Shown here one piece after another: positions 45,679 through 55,448 of a stretch of 57,626 nt of DNA (the first letter of the stretch is position 1; each line of letters opens with the position of its first letter). This DNA is from Candidatus Margulisiibacteriota bacterium (GTDB taxonomy: Bacteria; Margulisbacteria; WOR-1; O2-12-FULL-45-9). The stretch spans positions 1-57,626 of the forward strand of contig JAYEOW010000050.1 in NCBI GenBank assembly GCA_034723395.1, in the 5' to 3' direction. A program made the position numbers and the translations under genes. The notes under the pieces were generated by a model. The model was given only the letters and a program-made list of their open reading frames with translations, did not search any database and was not told the origin of the DNA.

Positions 45679-48503
45679 CCCTTTTTCTTTCCCTGTTTCT
45701 TCGGCTTCACCGGTTTTTTTGCCGCGGTCTTTGACGCTTGTGCGACCTCTTTGGCCGTGGCAGTTTCACCGGTCTTTTTAAAAACGATCTTTTTGTCCTG
45801 GACATCTGCCCTGACGATATCCCCCGGTTTAAATTTACCTTCGATGATTTCGTTGGAGAGCGGGTTCTCGATCAGGCGCTGGACGGCGCGGTGAAGAGGC
45901 CTTGCCCCAAATTTGGGTTCGTAGCCCTCTTTAACAATGATCTCTTTGGCCGCTTCGGTGATCTCAAGCTCCATCTCCTGGTTCCTCATCTGTTTCTGGA
46001 CATCGGTGATGATCAGCCCGGCGATCTGCTTGAGCTCGACATCGGTCAGCGGATGGAAGACGATCGTTTCGTCGACCCGGTTTAAGAATTCGGGCCGGAA
46101 CTCTTTTTTCATCGCGTCTAAAACGGTGTCTTTTATCTTATCATAGGTCGCTTCGCGGTCTTCTCTGGCCATAAAACCGATCGCTCCCTCAGCGACGATC
46201 TTTTTCTGACCGATATTTGAGGTCATGATAATGACCGTGTTCTTAAAATCTACCGCGCGCCCTTTGGAATCGGTTAGCTTTCCGTCGTCTAAGATCTGCA
46301 GAAAGATATTGAAGACATCGGGATGCGCTTTTTCGACTTCGTCGAATAAGATGACAGAGTATGGTTTTCTTCTTACCGCTTCGGTCAGTTTTCCACCCTC
46401 TTCATAGCCGACATAGCCGGGCGGGGCGCCGACCAACCTTGAGACAGTATGTTTTTCCATAAATTCAGACATATCCATCCGGATCAAGGCGTCCTGGGTG
46501 CCAAAAAGGAATTCGGCCAGGCGTTTGGCAACTTCGGTCTTACCGACCCCGGTAGGTCCGGCAAAAATAAATGATCCGACCGGCCGCTGAGGCGGTTTTA
46601 ATCCCGCTCTCCCTCTCCGGATAGCCTGCGATATAGCGCGTACTGCGTCATCCTGACCGATGACCCGTTTGTGCAGTTCTTCTTCCATCTTGGTGAGCTT
46701 TTCGGTTTCAGCGGCGGTCAGTTTTACTACCGGGATTCCTGTCCAATCGGATACGATCTCGGCGATATCATCTTCGGTGACCATCGCCTCTCCCTGCTCA
46801 ACTTCCGCCTTGTGGGTTTCTTCGAGCGTCTTTAATTTTTTCTTTGCCTGGGTGATCTTGTCCCTTAATTTTGCCGCCTCTTCATATTTTTGGGAAGCTA
46901 ACAGGGCGTTCTTTTCGCGCTCCTCTTTCTCAATTCCCTTCCTTAAGGACTGGATGTTTTTTACCGGTGATAGAAGTCTCATCCTGACCTTGGCGGCCGC
47001 TTCGTCCATTACGTCGATCGCTTTGTCCGGCAGGAAACGGTCGGAGATATAGCGATCGGCCAGCGACGCGGCGGCGATCAGCGCAGCATCCGGGATCTTG
47101 ATCTTGTGATGCTCTTCGTAACGGTCGCGGAGCCCTTTTAAAATGTCGATGGTAAGGTCGACCGAGGGTTCGTGGATCATGACCGGCTGGAACCTTCGCT
47201 CGAGGGCCGAGTCCTTTTCGATATGCTTGCGGTATTCATCGAACGTGGTTGCCCCAATGACTTGAAGTTCTCCCCTGGCCAAAGCCGGCTTTAGCATATT
47301 TCCGGCATCGATCGCCCCTTCGGCGCCGCCCGCCCCAACCAAGGTGTGCAGTTCGTCGATAAAGAGGATAATTTGTCTCTTTTTTGCCAGGATCTCGTCC
47401 AGTATCTTTTTAACCCGCGATTCAAATTCACCCCGGTATTTTGTCCCCGCGACCATTGCCCCAAGATCAAGAGCGATCACTTGTTTATCCCTCAAGATGT
47501 CCGGAACATCCCCTTTTATGATCCGCTCTGCCAGCCCTTCGATAATTGCTGTTTTACCAACTCCTGGATCGCCGAGCAGGGCGGGATTGTTCTTGGTCCT
47601 GCGCGAAAGGATGCGGATCACCCGTTCGGTCTCTTTATCGCGGTCGATAACCGGATCAAGTTTCCCTTCCCTGGCCATTGCGGTCAGGTCCCTGCCGAAA
47701 GAGGAAAGCGCGGGTTTCTGTTTTTTTGGCGGCGCCCCAAGCCCTAAGCCGGGGAAGCCGAACATTGCTTCCGGCCTTTCAAATTCTTCGGGGGGGACAT
47801 CTTCGGGCATCTCTTCTTCGGAGAGGCCGGCTTCCGGCCCAAGACCGAGCCCTTTTTCGGCCTCGGTAATAATTTCGCGAGCGACTTTATCGAAGGTTAC
47901 TTTCCGCTTATGCAGCGCCTGCGCGGCAATGCTCTCACCTTCACGGATAATGCCGAGCAGGATATGTTCCGGCCCGACGTAGTTAAACCCGAGCTCGCGG
48001 GCGGCGTTGTATGCGAGTTCGAGCACTCGTTTAGCGCGGGGGGAGAGGATGATCTTGTCCGGGGACCCTTCTCCTCTGCCGATCAGCGCTTCTACATCGG
48101 AAAAGAGATTAACGATATCAACCTTCAGGGTTTGCAGTACTTTAGAAGCCAATCCTTCCTGTTTGATCAATCCGAGTAAAAGATGTTCGGTCCGCACATG
48201 GTCGTGGCCCAGCCTTTTTGCCTCTTCGCTGGCAAGTTGGAGGACCCTTTGCGCTTCTTCGGAAAAATAGTCGTAAAAGCGTTCGGACGGCCGTCGTTTA
48301 AACAGTGATGCAAAGATGTCGGGGAATTCAAAAAAACCCGGGAAGCCGAGCTCATCGAACCCTCCTCCGCTGATCCCGCCGCCGGGCATAACCCCTTCTT
48401 CGGCGGCGCATATTTCACAAAGGTGTCGGGTAGTCTTTTTCCCGTTAACTATTTTGGTAATATGGACATGGGCCTCTCTCTTTTTACATTTTTCACAAAT
48501 CAT
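45675..48503 (-). CDS. clpC: ClpC-type ATPase with extra N-terminal CxxC/CxxC Zn finger
   Basis: Two Clp-N repeats, GDPGVGKT, UVR middle domain, GPTGVGKT, IGF loop. Confidence 0.93.
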   Translation of the reverse strand: MICEKCKKREAHVHITKIVNGKKTTRHLCEICAAEEGVMPGGGISGGGFDELGFPGFFEFPDIFASLFKRRPSERFYDYFSEEAQRVLQLASEEAKRLGHDHVRTEHLLLGLIKQEGLASKVLQTLKVDIVNLFSDVEALIGRGEGSPDKIILSPRAKRVLELAYNAARELGFNYVGPEHILLGIIREGESIAAQALHKRKVTFDKVAREIITEAEKGLGLGPEAGLSEEEMPEDVPPEEFERPEAMFGFPGLGLGAPPKKQKPALSSFGRDLTAMAREGKLDPVIDRDKETERVIRILSRRTKNNPALLGDPGVGKTAIIEGLAERIIKGDVPDILRDKQVIALDLGAMVAGTKYRGEFESRVKKILDEILAKKRQIILFIDELHTLVGAGGAEGAIDAGNMLKPALARGELQVIGATTFDEYRKHIEKDSALERRFQPVMIHEPSVDLTIDILKGLRDRYEEHHKIKIPDAALIAAASLADRYISDRFLPDKAIDVMDEAAAKVRMRLLSPVKNIQSLRKGIEKEEREKNALLASQKYEEAAKLRDKITQAKKKLKTLEETHKAEVEQGEAMVTEDDIAEIVSDWTGIPVVKLTAAETEKLTKMEEELHKRVIGQDDAVRAISQAIRRGRAGLKPPQRPVGSFIFAGPTGVGKTEVAKRLAEFLFGTQDALIRMDMSEFMEKHTVSRLVGAPPGYVGYEEGGKLTEAVRRKPYSVILFDEVEKAHPDVFNIFLQILDDGKLTDSKGRAVDFKNTVIIMTSNIGQKKIVAEGAIGFMAREDREATYDKIKDTVLDAMKKEFRPEFLNRVDETIVFHPLTDVELKQIAGLIITDVQKQMRNQEMELEITEAAKEIIVKEGYEPKFGARPLHRAVQRLIENPLSNEIIEGKFKPGDIVRADVQDKKIVFKKTGETATAKEVAQASKTAAKKPVKPKKQGKKKG

Positions 48504-48572
48504 CGGTAACCCTCGCTTTCTTCAAGATTATATCTTGATATCAATTATTACTCAAGCATCTGATCGATCATC

Positions 48573-49286
48573 TCATAACTTGAAAGATTTACCGGAGAAG
48601 CCGGTATTGATCTTTATATTTTTCGTTTTAAGCTTAAAGCCTAACCCAATTAGAGCGTGATTACTTAATTCAATCGCCGACTTTCCATACGTTTCATAAG
48701 GGACCCAGATCCCTTTTATCTTTTTGTATTTTATGAATACATCTCCGGAGAGCCGGTTATTTATAAGTGTTAGATGGAGCTTGCGCAGGAGATATTCCTT
48801 TGGGTCGATATAGAAGGTGACTTTGGTTATATTTTTTAATATTCCGGGCTTTGGGATCCCTTCAATAACGATCTCTTCCGCGTCGTCTTTGATCAATGTA
48901 AGGTTGAAATTATAAGGAATTATGCCGGGATGGAATCCAGGGGCGAGATTGGGGGCATTTAACAGTTTGATATTATATTTTTTGCCGTCTTTTGTCACCT
49001 TCAGGATCCGGTTTCCCCGGGCGTAGTAGCTGTTTCCGTGCTGGTTGGTCCCCCAGAGCTTGTCGGGCGCCATATAATATGCCTCTCCACTAAGGCGGCG
49101 GGTGCCGGCGCAGCCAAAAAGGCAGAGGTTGTAGTCGAGGATCAAATCCCCTTTTGCGTCCTTTATTTTTAAGAAATTTGCCTTAACCTTATCAACGATC
49201 TTTTCCGGAGTCCTTTGCGCAAAAGCTGACGTCAATAAAACAGTAAAAGAGAGGATAAATAATAGTATTATCGCTTTGATTTTCAT
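48573..49286 (-). CDS. Exported LolA-like protein
   Basis: Signal peptide; beta-rich pattern ending Y.KIKGIWVP...INTG. Confidence 0.6.
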   Translation of the reverse strand: MKIKAIILLFILSFTVLLTSAFAQRTPEKIVDKVKANFLKIKDAKGDLILDYNLCLFGCAGTRRLSGEAYYMAPDKLWGTNQHGNSYYARGNRILKVTKDGKKYNIKLLNAPNLAPGFHPGIIPYNFNLTLIKDDAEEIVIEGIPKPGILKNITKVTFYIDPKEYLLRKLHLTLINNRLSGDVFIKYKKIKGIWVPYETYGKSAIELSNHALIGLGFKLKTKNIKINTGFSGKSFKL

Positions 49287-49323
49287 TTGTCTTTTACATA
49301 ATTATAACATATAATAAACCATC

Positions 49324-50484
49324 ATGTTTGAGTCGCTACCGGACAAAAAAGGGCGTTTTGGAAAATTCGGCGGCAGGTTCGTCCCCGAAACACTGGTCTC
49401 TTCGCTTGAAGAGCTGACGAACGCCTATCTGGCCGTAAAAGATGATCAGGGTTTTAAAGATGAGCTCGCTTATTATCTGGAGCACTATGTCGGAAGGCCG
49501 ACCCCGCTTTATTTTGCCGAAAGGCTGAGCGAAGAGCTTGGCGGCGCTAAAATTTATCTTAAACGGGAAGACCTTTGCCATACCGGGGCCCATAAGATCA
49601 ATAATACGATAGCCCAGATACTTCTTGCCCGGAGAATGGGGAGAAAAAGGATCATTGCCGAGACAGGGGCGGGACAGCATGGGGTGGCGACGGCGACCGC
49701 GGCCGCCCTTTTTGACCTCGAATGTATCGTCTATATGGGAGAAGAGGATGTAAGAAGGCAGGCCTTAAATGTTTTTCGGATGGAACTGCTTGGCGCAAAA
49801 GTTATTACGGTCAAGACCGGGAGCAGGACACTAAAAGACGCGGTGAACGAAACTCTCCGTGACTGGATGGCGCACCCCCGGGATACATTTTACTGTATGG
49901 GGTCGTGTGTCGGTCCGCACCCATACCCAATGATGGTGAGGGACTTTCAATCGGTCATCGGAAGAGAGGCCAAAGGACAGCATTTTGATGTTGAAAAAAG
50001 GGAGCCGGATTATCTTCTTGCCTGCGTGGGGGGAGGAAGCAATTCTATCGGCCTTTTTCACCCCTTCCTGGATGACCCAGAGGTGAAAATGATCGGGGTT
50101 GAGGCGGCAGGTGCGGCTTCAATTAATAAAGGGAAGGTCGGTTCTCTGCACGGGTCAAAAAGCTACATACTCCAGACCAAAACCGGGCAGATTTTAAATA
50201 CCCATTCGGTATCCGCCGGACTCGATTATTCCGGGATAGGACCGGAACACAGCTATCTTAAGGATTCGGGAAGGGTGGAATATGCGGCAATAAATGATAG
50301 GGAGGCTTTGCAGGGGTTTAAGCTCCTGGCAAAGAGTGAAGGGATCATCCCCGCGCTGGAATCTTCGCATGCCATCGCTTACCTGAAGAAGCTGGCGCCG
50401 AAGCTGGACAAAGGCCAATCAATTATTGTCTGTTTATCCGGAAGAGGAGATAAAGATGTCGAAGTTGTCAGAAGCCTTCTCTAA
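49324..50484 (+). CDS. trpB: Tryptophan synthase beta chain
   Basis: [36 protein letters not shown]. Confidence 0.97.
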   Translation: MFESLPDKKGRFGKFGGRFVPETLVSSLEELTNAYLAVKDDQGFKDELAYYLEHYVGRPTPLYFAERLSEELGGAKIYLKREDLCHTGAHKINNTIAQILLARRMGRKRIIAETGAGQHGVATATAAALFDLECIVYMGEEDVRRQALNVFRMELLGAKVITVKTGSRTLKDAVNETLRDWMAHPRDTFYCMGSCVGPHPYPMMVRDFQSVIGREAKGQHFDVEKREPDYLLACVGGGSNSIGLFHPFLDDPEVKMIGVEAAGAASINKGKVGSLHGSKSYILQTKTGQILNTHSVSAGLDYSGIGPEHSYLKDSGRVEYAAINDREALQGFKLLAKSEGIIPALESSHAIAYLKKLAPKLDKGQSIIVCLSGRGDKDVEVVRSLL

Positions 50485-51196
50485 AAGAAAGGCTTTAATA
50501 ACCTATATAACCGCCGGAGATCCGGACCTGGCAACAACCGAAAAGCTGATCTATAAGCTTGAAGAGGCAGGGGCCGATATTATCGAGTTGGGGATCCCAT
50601 TCTCCGATCCTTTGGCCGATGGCCCGGTTATCCAGGCTTCGCACCAGCGGGCATTGAAGAAAAAGGTTTCGCTGGCGGATGTTTTTAGGTTGGTCAGGAA
50701 GGTCCGTAAAAAAACGCAGGTCCCGATCGTTTTTATGCTCGCTTATAATTTAGCGGCGCAATACGGCCCTAAAAAGTTCCATGAAGATATGGAGAAATAC
50801 GGAGTGGACGAATCGATCGTCCCGGACCTACCGCCGGAAGAGGCGAGCTACAAGGGGGTCTATCTGGTTGCCCCTACCAGCACAGATGAGCGGATAAAAA
50901 AGGTGGCGGAGATGTCGACCGGCTTTATTTATCTGATCTCGGTTGCCGGGATAACCGGCAAACGGAATAAGTTGGATGAAGATATCGCTGGTCTGGTTTC
51001 GCGGATCAGGAAGTATTCCGACCTTCCTGTCGCAGTCGGCTTTGGGATCTCTACTCCGGCCCAAGCCAAAGAGGTTTCCAGGCTTGCGGATGGAGTAATT
51101 GTCGGGTCAGCGATCGTTGACCTGATTGCCAAACGGAAATATAAGGCGGTCTCAAAATTTGCCGCCTCACTTCGACGCGCGATCGATGCTAGATAG
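50456..51196 (+). CDS. trpA: Tryptophan synthase alpha chain
   Basis: [30 protein letters not shown]; start moved to 50456. Confidence 0.96.
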   Translation: MSKLSEAFSKRKALITYITAGDPDLATTEKLIYKLEEAGADIIELGIPFSDPLADGPVIQASHQRALKKKVSLADVFRLVRKVRKKTQVPIVFMLAYNLAAQYGPKKFHEDMEKYGVDESIVPDLPPEEASYKGVYLVAPTSTDERIKKVAEMSTGFIYLISVAGITGKRNKLDEDIAGLVSRIRKYSDLPVAVGFGISTPAQAKEVSRLADGVIVGSAIVDLIAKRKYKAVSKFAASLRRAIDAR

Positions 51197-51716
51197 TATA
51201 ATTTATCGGATAAAACAATTTTGTTACGGAATGTTCTCCCGCTATACCAAAGCCGATCACAATTTCACCCGCAGTTATCTCAATATCCAGGAGATGGCGC
51301 TTTTTAACCAGCTTCCCGGTTTTGAAAAGAAACATTCGGTTATCGTGGCCAGGAAAATGATGGGAAAGGCGCATGAAGATCCAAAACTTGATGAGCGAAG
51401 GCTGGTTAAATTAGGGTTGCTTCACGATATCGGAAAAGTAGTAGAGCATAATTCGACCGTTACCAAATCGATCCTGGTTATTATCCGGTATTTCTTTCCC
51501 GATTCTTATAACAAAATGGCCAATAAAGGTAAAGACAATCCCCGGTTCCGCCGCTATTATATCCACAAACACCACGGGATAGTCGGCGCGGAATTGTTGT
51601 CGAAAATAGGGGAGGGCGAAGATATCCTAACGATCATAAGCCGGCATGATCTTGTGCCCAAAGATAACGATCCGATCGAGCTAAAGATCCTCCAGCAGGC
51701 CGATTCTACTTACTAA
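51186..51716 (+). CDS. HD-domain metal-dependent phosphohydrolase
   Basis: HS, LLHDIGK, H...GAELL, AD; start moved to 51186. Confidence 0.8.
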   Translation: MLDSIIYRIKQFCYGMFSRYTKADHNFTRSYLNIQEMALFNQLPGFEKKHSVIVARKMMGKAHEDPKLDERRLVKLGLLHDIGKVVEHNSTVTKSILVIIRYFFPDSYNKMANKGKDNPRFRRYYIHKHHGIVGAELLSKIGEGEDILTIISRHDLVPKDNDPIELKILQQADSTY

Positions 51717-52092
51717 ATTCTGCAGAAACCGTAGTCTTGATCCCGCCCCGCACATTTATATCACCAACCACTTTCGCGTAACGGGGCTTGCATGCTTTTA
51801 CGATGTCATCCAGGATTTTATTCACTAAGTGTTCGTGAAATATCCCAATGTCTCGGTAAGAGATAAAATATTCCTTGAGTGATTTTAATTCGAGGCAATC
51901 TTTGTCCGGAGTGTAATCGATAAAAATAGTTGCAAAGTCGGGAAGTCCGGTCTTGGGACAGACGCAGGTGAACTCGGGATTTTCCAAGTGGATATTATAA
52001 TCTTTGTCTGGATATTGGTTTTTCCAGGTGTCGATTTTAGGGGTCTTAAGCTCCCTTATATTTTTTTGTAATCCTTTATACGATTTTTTCAT
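51706..52092 (-). CDS. queF: preQ0 reductase
   Basis: EFTCVCPKTGLPDFA, ELKSLK, HE, RGGI. Confidence 0.95.
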   Translation of the reverse strand: MKKSYKGLQKNIRELKTPKIDTWKNQYPDKDYNIHLENPEFTCVCPKTGLPDFATIFIDYTPDKDCLELKSLKEYFISYRDIGIFHEHLVNKILDDIVKACKPRYAKVVGDINVRGGIKTTVSAEFSK

Positions 52093-52807
52093 TGATCTGT
52101 TCCCTTAAAGTTTTGGCCGCTTTTCGCGGGTCGTCCGCATAAATAATGCTGCGGGACGAATTGATGATAATGTTCTTTCCGCCGATCTTTACGATCGATC
52201 CTAGATCTCCGCCCTGCGCGCCGACTCCGGGAATTAAGAGAAGAGCATTCGGGGCGATTTTACGGATCTCTTTTAACTCTTCCGGCTTAGTAGCGCCAAC
52301 TACAAGTCCGGCGTTACTGAATTTTTTTGCGACTTCTTTGTAGATCGGTGGTTGGAAGTCTTTAGCTCCCGGGTTGCTGGTCAAACAGAGGACAAAAACA
52401 CCTTTATCTTTGTAATCGATAAATGGTTTTACCGAATCGTATCCCATATAAGGGCTGACGGTTACCGCATCCGCTTTGTAGGCCTCAAAGACCGCTTTCG
52501 CATAAGCAACGGAAGAGTTTCCGATATCACCGCGTTTAGCGTCCAGGACCACCGGAAGGTCGAATTTATGAATATATTCGATGCTTTGGATCAGGGCCTC
52601 GATCCCTTTGGTCCCATACATTTCGTAGAAAGCGATATTTGGCTTGTAAGCGCAGACTAAATCTTTGGTCGCATCGACAATTGATCGGTTGAATTCGAAG
52701 ATCGTGGAATGTTCTTTGGGAATTTTATTCAGGTCGACATCCAACCCGACACAGAGGAGAGAATTGTTTTTTTGAGAGGCGTCCTTTAATCTATCTATGA
52801 ATTTCAT
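52076..52807 (-). CDS. pyrF: Orotidine-5'-phosphate decarboxylase
   Basis: LCVGLD, YKPN.AF, DAKRGDIG, PGVGAQGG. Confidence 0.95.
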   Translation of the reverse strand: MKFIDRLKDASQKNNSLLCVGLDVDLNKIPKEHSTIFEFNRSIVDATKDLVCAYKPNIAFYEMYGTKGIEALIQSIEYIHKFDLPVVLDAKRGDIGNSSVAYAKAVFEAYKADAVTVSPYMGYDSVKPFIDYKDKGVFVLCLTSNPGAKDFQPPIYKEVAKKFSNAGLVVGATKPEELKEIRKIAPNALLLIPGVGAQGGDLGSIVKIGGKNIIINSSRSIIYADDPRKAAKTLREQINEKIV

Positions 52808-54309
52808 GCTTCGGAGGACATGTCTTGGTCGTTGGTCTCGTCACGAGCCGGCGCTTCTTTCTCTTTTTCCTCCTCCTCTGAAGCTTCGGAGGAGTCCTCT
52901 TTTTCGGCAAGCGCTTTCTCTTTTTCGGCGATCATATCGCCGATGGTTACTTTTTGTTCCGGCTGGGAAGAAGTTACTTCACTTAATTTCTCTTTTTCCT
53001 TTTTGATGATTGCCGCTTTGATCGAAAGGCCGATCTTTTGTTGCTCCGGCAAAACACGCAATATCTTTACTTCTACTTCGTCGTCGATCTTGGCCGCGTC
53101 CCCCGGATCTTGTATCGGCTCTTTTGACATTTCGGAGATATGGATCAATCCTTCCAACCCATGGCCAATGTCGGCAAAAGCGCCAAACTTGGCAAAGCGG
53201 AGGATCTTTACTTTAACGATCTGTCCCGGCTTGAAATATTCGGTCGCCATTTCCCAGGGATCGGGCTGCAGCTCTTTTAAGCCGAGCGCGATCTTCTTAT
53301 TTACCTTATCAACCCCAAGCACAAAGACTTCCAGTTCCTGTCCGACTTTTAAAACTTCAGATGGATGCTTTACCCTCTTCCAGGAGAGTTCGCTTAAGTG
53401 GATAAGCCCGTCCATACCGCCGAGGTCGACAAAGGCCCCGAAATTCTTGAGACTGGATACTTTTCCTTTACGGATCTGGCCGACTTCAAGCTCGTCGAGG
53501 ATCTTAAATGACCTTACTTTATCTTTTTGGCCCGCTGCCTGCTTATGAGAGAGGACGATCTTTCCCTGCCGCCGGTTTATCTCAATTACCTTTACCGGCA
53601 ATACTTTATCTTTGAATGAATCGAGCGATTCGCTGGTTTTCTTTTGTACCTGCGAAGCGGGGATAAATCCGCGGACCCCTTCGCAATCGACCACCAACCC
53701 GCCCCGGACTGCCTGGATAACCTTCCCTTCGAGGATCGATTTCTTTTTATAGGCCTCATAAGCCAATCTCCAGCGGGTCTCCTGGTCGGCCCTGACCTTC
53801 GAGAGGACGGCATATCCCTCTTTGTTTTCGAGGTTTTCTATAAACACATTGATTATGTCCCCGACCTTTACCACCTGGTCTGCCGGGATAGAAGACTTTT
53901 CTGATAGTTCGCCGGGAGGGATGATCCCGTCGGCTTTGTAATTTATATCAACTAAGACACCGCTTTGATCAACTTGAAGCACTTTCCCCTTAACGATGTC
54001 TCCGACCTTATATTCTTTAAAGGTGGCGTCGTACTTATCTAGCTCGGGAGGGGGATTGCTTTCCCCTTTGCCTTTCGGGATTCGGGGAACAGGCCGAGCT
54101 TCGGCGGACAACTCTTTTTTGGGGAGGGTTATCGAAGTTGCTTTGAACTCTGATTTTTTCTTTTCTTCCGGGGCTTTTGGGGCCGGGACTGGTTCTTCTT
54201 TGACCGATTTACTTTCGCTTAGGGTCTCTTTGATAAGTTTTTCGACCTCTAAAAACTCATCGGTGCCTTTGCCTTCGCCAATATTGGTTGCGTCAAATTG
54301 ATCAGCCAT
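52804..54309 (-). CDS. rpsA: 30S ribosomal protein S1 (four S1 domains, disordered termini)
   Basis: GFIPASQ, FGAFVDLGG.DGLIH.SELSW, GLIHISE repeats. Confidence 0.9.
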   Translation of the reverse strand: MADQFDATNIGEGKGTDEFLEVEKLIKETLSESKSVKEEPVPAPKAPEEKKKSEFKATSITLPKKELSAEARPVPRIPKGKGESNPPPELDKYDATFKEYKVGDIVKGKVLQVDQSGVLVDINYKADGIIPPGELSEKSSIPADQVVKVGDIINVFIENLENKEGYAVLSKVRADQETRWRLAYEAYKKKSILEGKVIQAVRGGLVVDCEGVRGFIPASQVQKKTSESLDSFKDKVLPVKVIEINRRQGKIVLSHKQAAGQKDKVRSFKILDELEVGQIRKGKVSSLKNFGAFVDLGGMDGLIHLSELSWKRVKHPSEVLKVGQELEVFVLGVDKVNKKIALGLKELQPDPWEMATEYFKPGQIVKVKILRFAKFGAFADIGHGLEGLIHISEMSKEPIQDPGDAAKIDDEVEVKILRVLPEQQKIGLSIKAAIIKKEKEKLSEVTSSQPEQKVTIGDMIAEKEKALAEKEDSSEASEEEEKEKEAPARDETNDQDMSSEA

Positions 54310-54343
54310 AACCCTCCAAGGGTAGCATAAATTTAATGAGGGG

Positions 54344-54985
54344 TCAAACCGGGAAGCCGAATTTACCGACTAGAGGGACAAAAACGCAGGGGACCGTTCC
54401 ATGGCTTATTAATTTATCTTCTTTTTTGGTAATGGTGGTCAAAATTTGCTGGTGCTGTCCGCCTATCGGAAGGACGATTCTGCCGCCCTCTTTCAATTGG
54501 GCTAAGAGAGGAGGGGGGATGGCAGGGCAGGCGGCGGTTACGATGACCCGGTCGTAAGGGGAAAATTCCTTGTATCCTCCGGTCCCATCCGTAACGATGA
54601 ACTCAATATTTTTATATCCGATTTTTTTGATCAGTTCCTCTGCATTTTTTGAGAGGGATTCGATCCTCTCGGCGGTGATTACTTTTCCCCCGATTTCAGC
54701 CAGGATTGCCGCTTGATAACCCGATCCGGTCCCGATCTCAAGGATCGTTTCCCCTCCCCTGAGATTTAGTTCTTGGGTCATTATTGCGACCATGTAGGGT
54801 TGGGATATTGTCTGTCCCTGGCCAATTGGCAAGGCGCAATCTTCATAGGCGGATGCCTGCAGGTGTTCCGGAATAAATTTTTCGCGGGGGACCCTGTTAA
54901 AAGCCTTTAATACCAGCGGATCTGTGATCCCCCGGGGGATAAGCTGTGATTCAACCATGAGCTCTCTTTGGCGGGTATAGTCCAT
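54344..54985 (-). CDS. pcm: Protein-L-isoaspartate O-methyltransferase
   Basis: GQTISQP, LEIGTGSGY, PYD.VIVTAA, FVPL. Confidence 0.96.
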   Translation of the reverse strand: MDYTRQRELMVESQLIPRGITDPLVLKAFNRVPREKFIPEHLQASAYEDCALPIGQGQTISQPYMVAIMTQELNLRGGETILEIGTGSGYQAAILAEIGGKVITAERIESLSKNAEELIKKIGYKNIEFIVTDGTGGYKEFSPYDRVIVTAACPAIPPPLLAQLKEGGRIVLPIGGQHQQILTTITKKEDKLISHGTVPCVFVPLVGKFGFPV

Positions 54986-55009
54986 TGCCGATATTATATA
55001 ATACCTGGG

Positions 55010-55038
55010 TTGACAAATCGACGATTAAAAGGCAGAAT
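55010..55038 (+). promoter_or_regulatory. sigma70-type promoter for speD-like/speB
   Basis: TTGACA-17 nt-CAGAAT, 8 nt before ATG 55047. Confidence 0.55.
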
Positions 55039-55046
55039 TGGTTAGT

Positions 55047-55448
55047 ATGGAACTCGGATTTGGCTCACATTTAATGCTCGATTGCCATGGATGTCCAAAG
55101 GATAAACTTTCGGATATCGATTTTTTGTCTGGCCTGTTAAATACCTTCCCGGCAAGGATCGGGATGGCCCCGATCTCCCTTCCAAGCGTGTTTAAGTATC
55201 ACGGAAAGCTGTCAGAAGACTGGGGGCTGTCGGGCGTAGTCTTGATTGCCGGATCGCATATTTCGATCCACACCTTTCCGGACAAAGAGTATGTTTTTAT
55301 TGATGTTTTCTCAAGCGGCGAATTTGATGTCGATTATGCAAAACTGGAGTTGATCACCGCTTTTTGCGCCAAGCAGCATGACGCTTCGGTTTTAAATCGC
55401 GGAGCAAGGCTCCCCAGAGATTTAGATGTCCTCACGCCAATTTCTTGA
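55047..55448 (+). CDS. speD: SpeD/SpeH-family pyruvoyl decarboxylase, variant
   Basis: G.HL.LD, GLSGVVLIA(G)SHISIHTFP, DVFS(S). Confidence 0.8.
   Translation: MELGFGSHLMLDCHGCPKDKLSDIDFLSGLLNTFPARIGMAPISLPSVFKYHGKLSEDWGLSGVVLIAGSHISIHTFPDKEYVFIDVFSSGEFDVDYAKLELITAFCAKQHDASVLNRGARLPRDLDVLTPIS

Noticed and set aside
45738..48660. Many antisense ORFs over clpC (and similarly over rpsA, proA and the radical SAM gene)
   Set aside because: Shadow frames of well-supported genes
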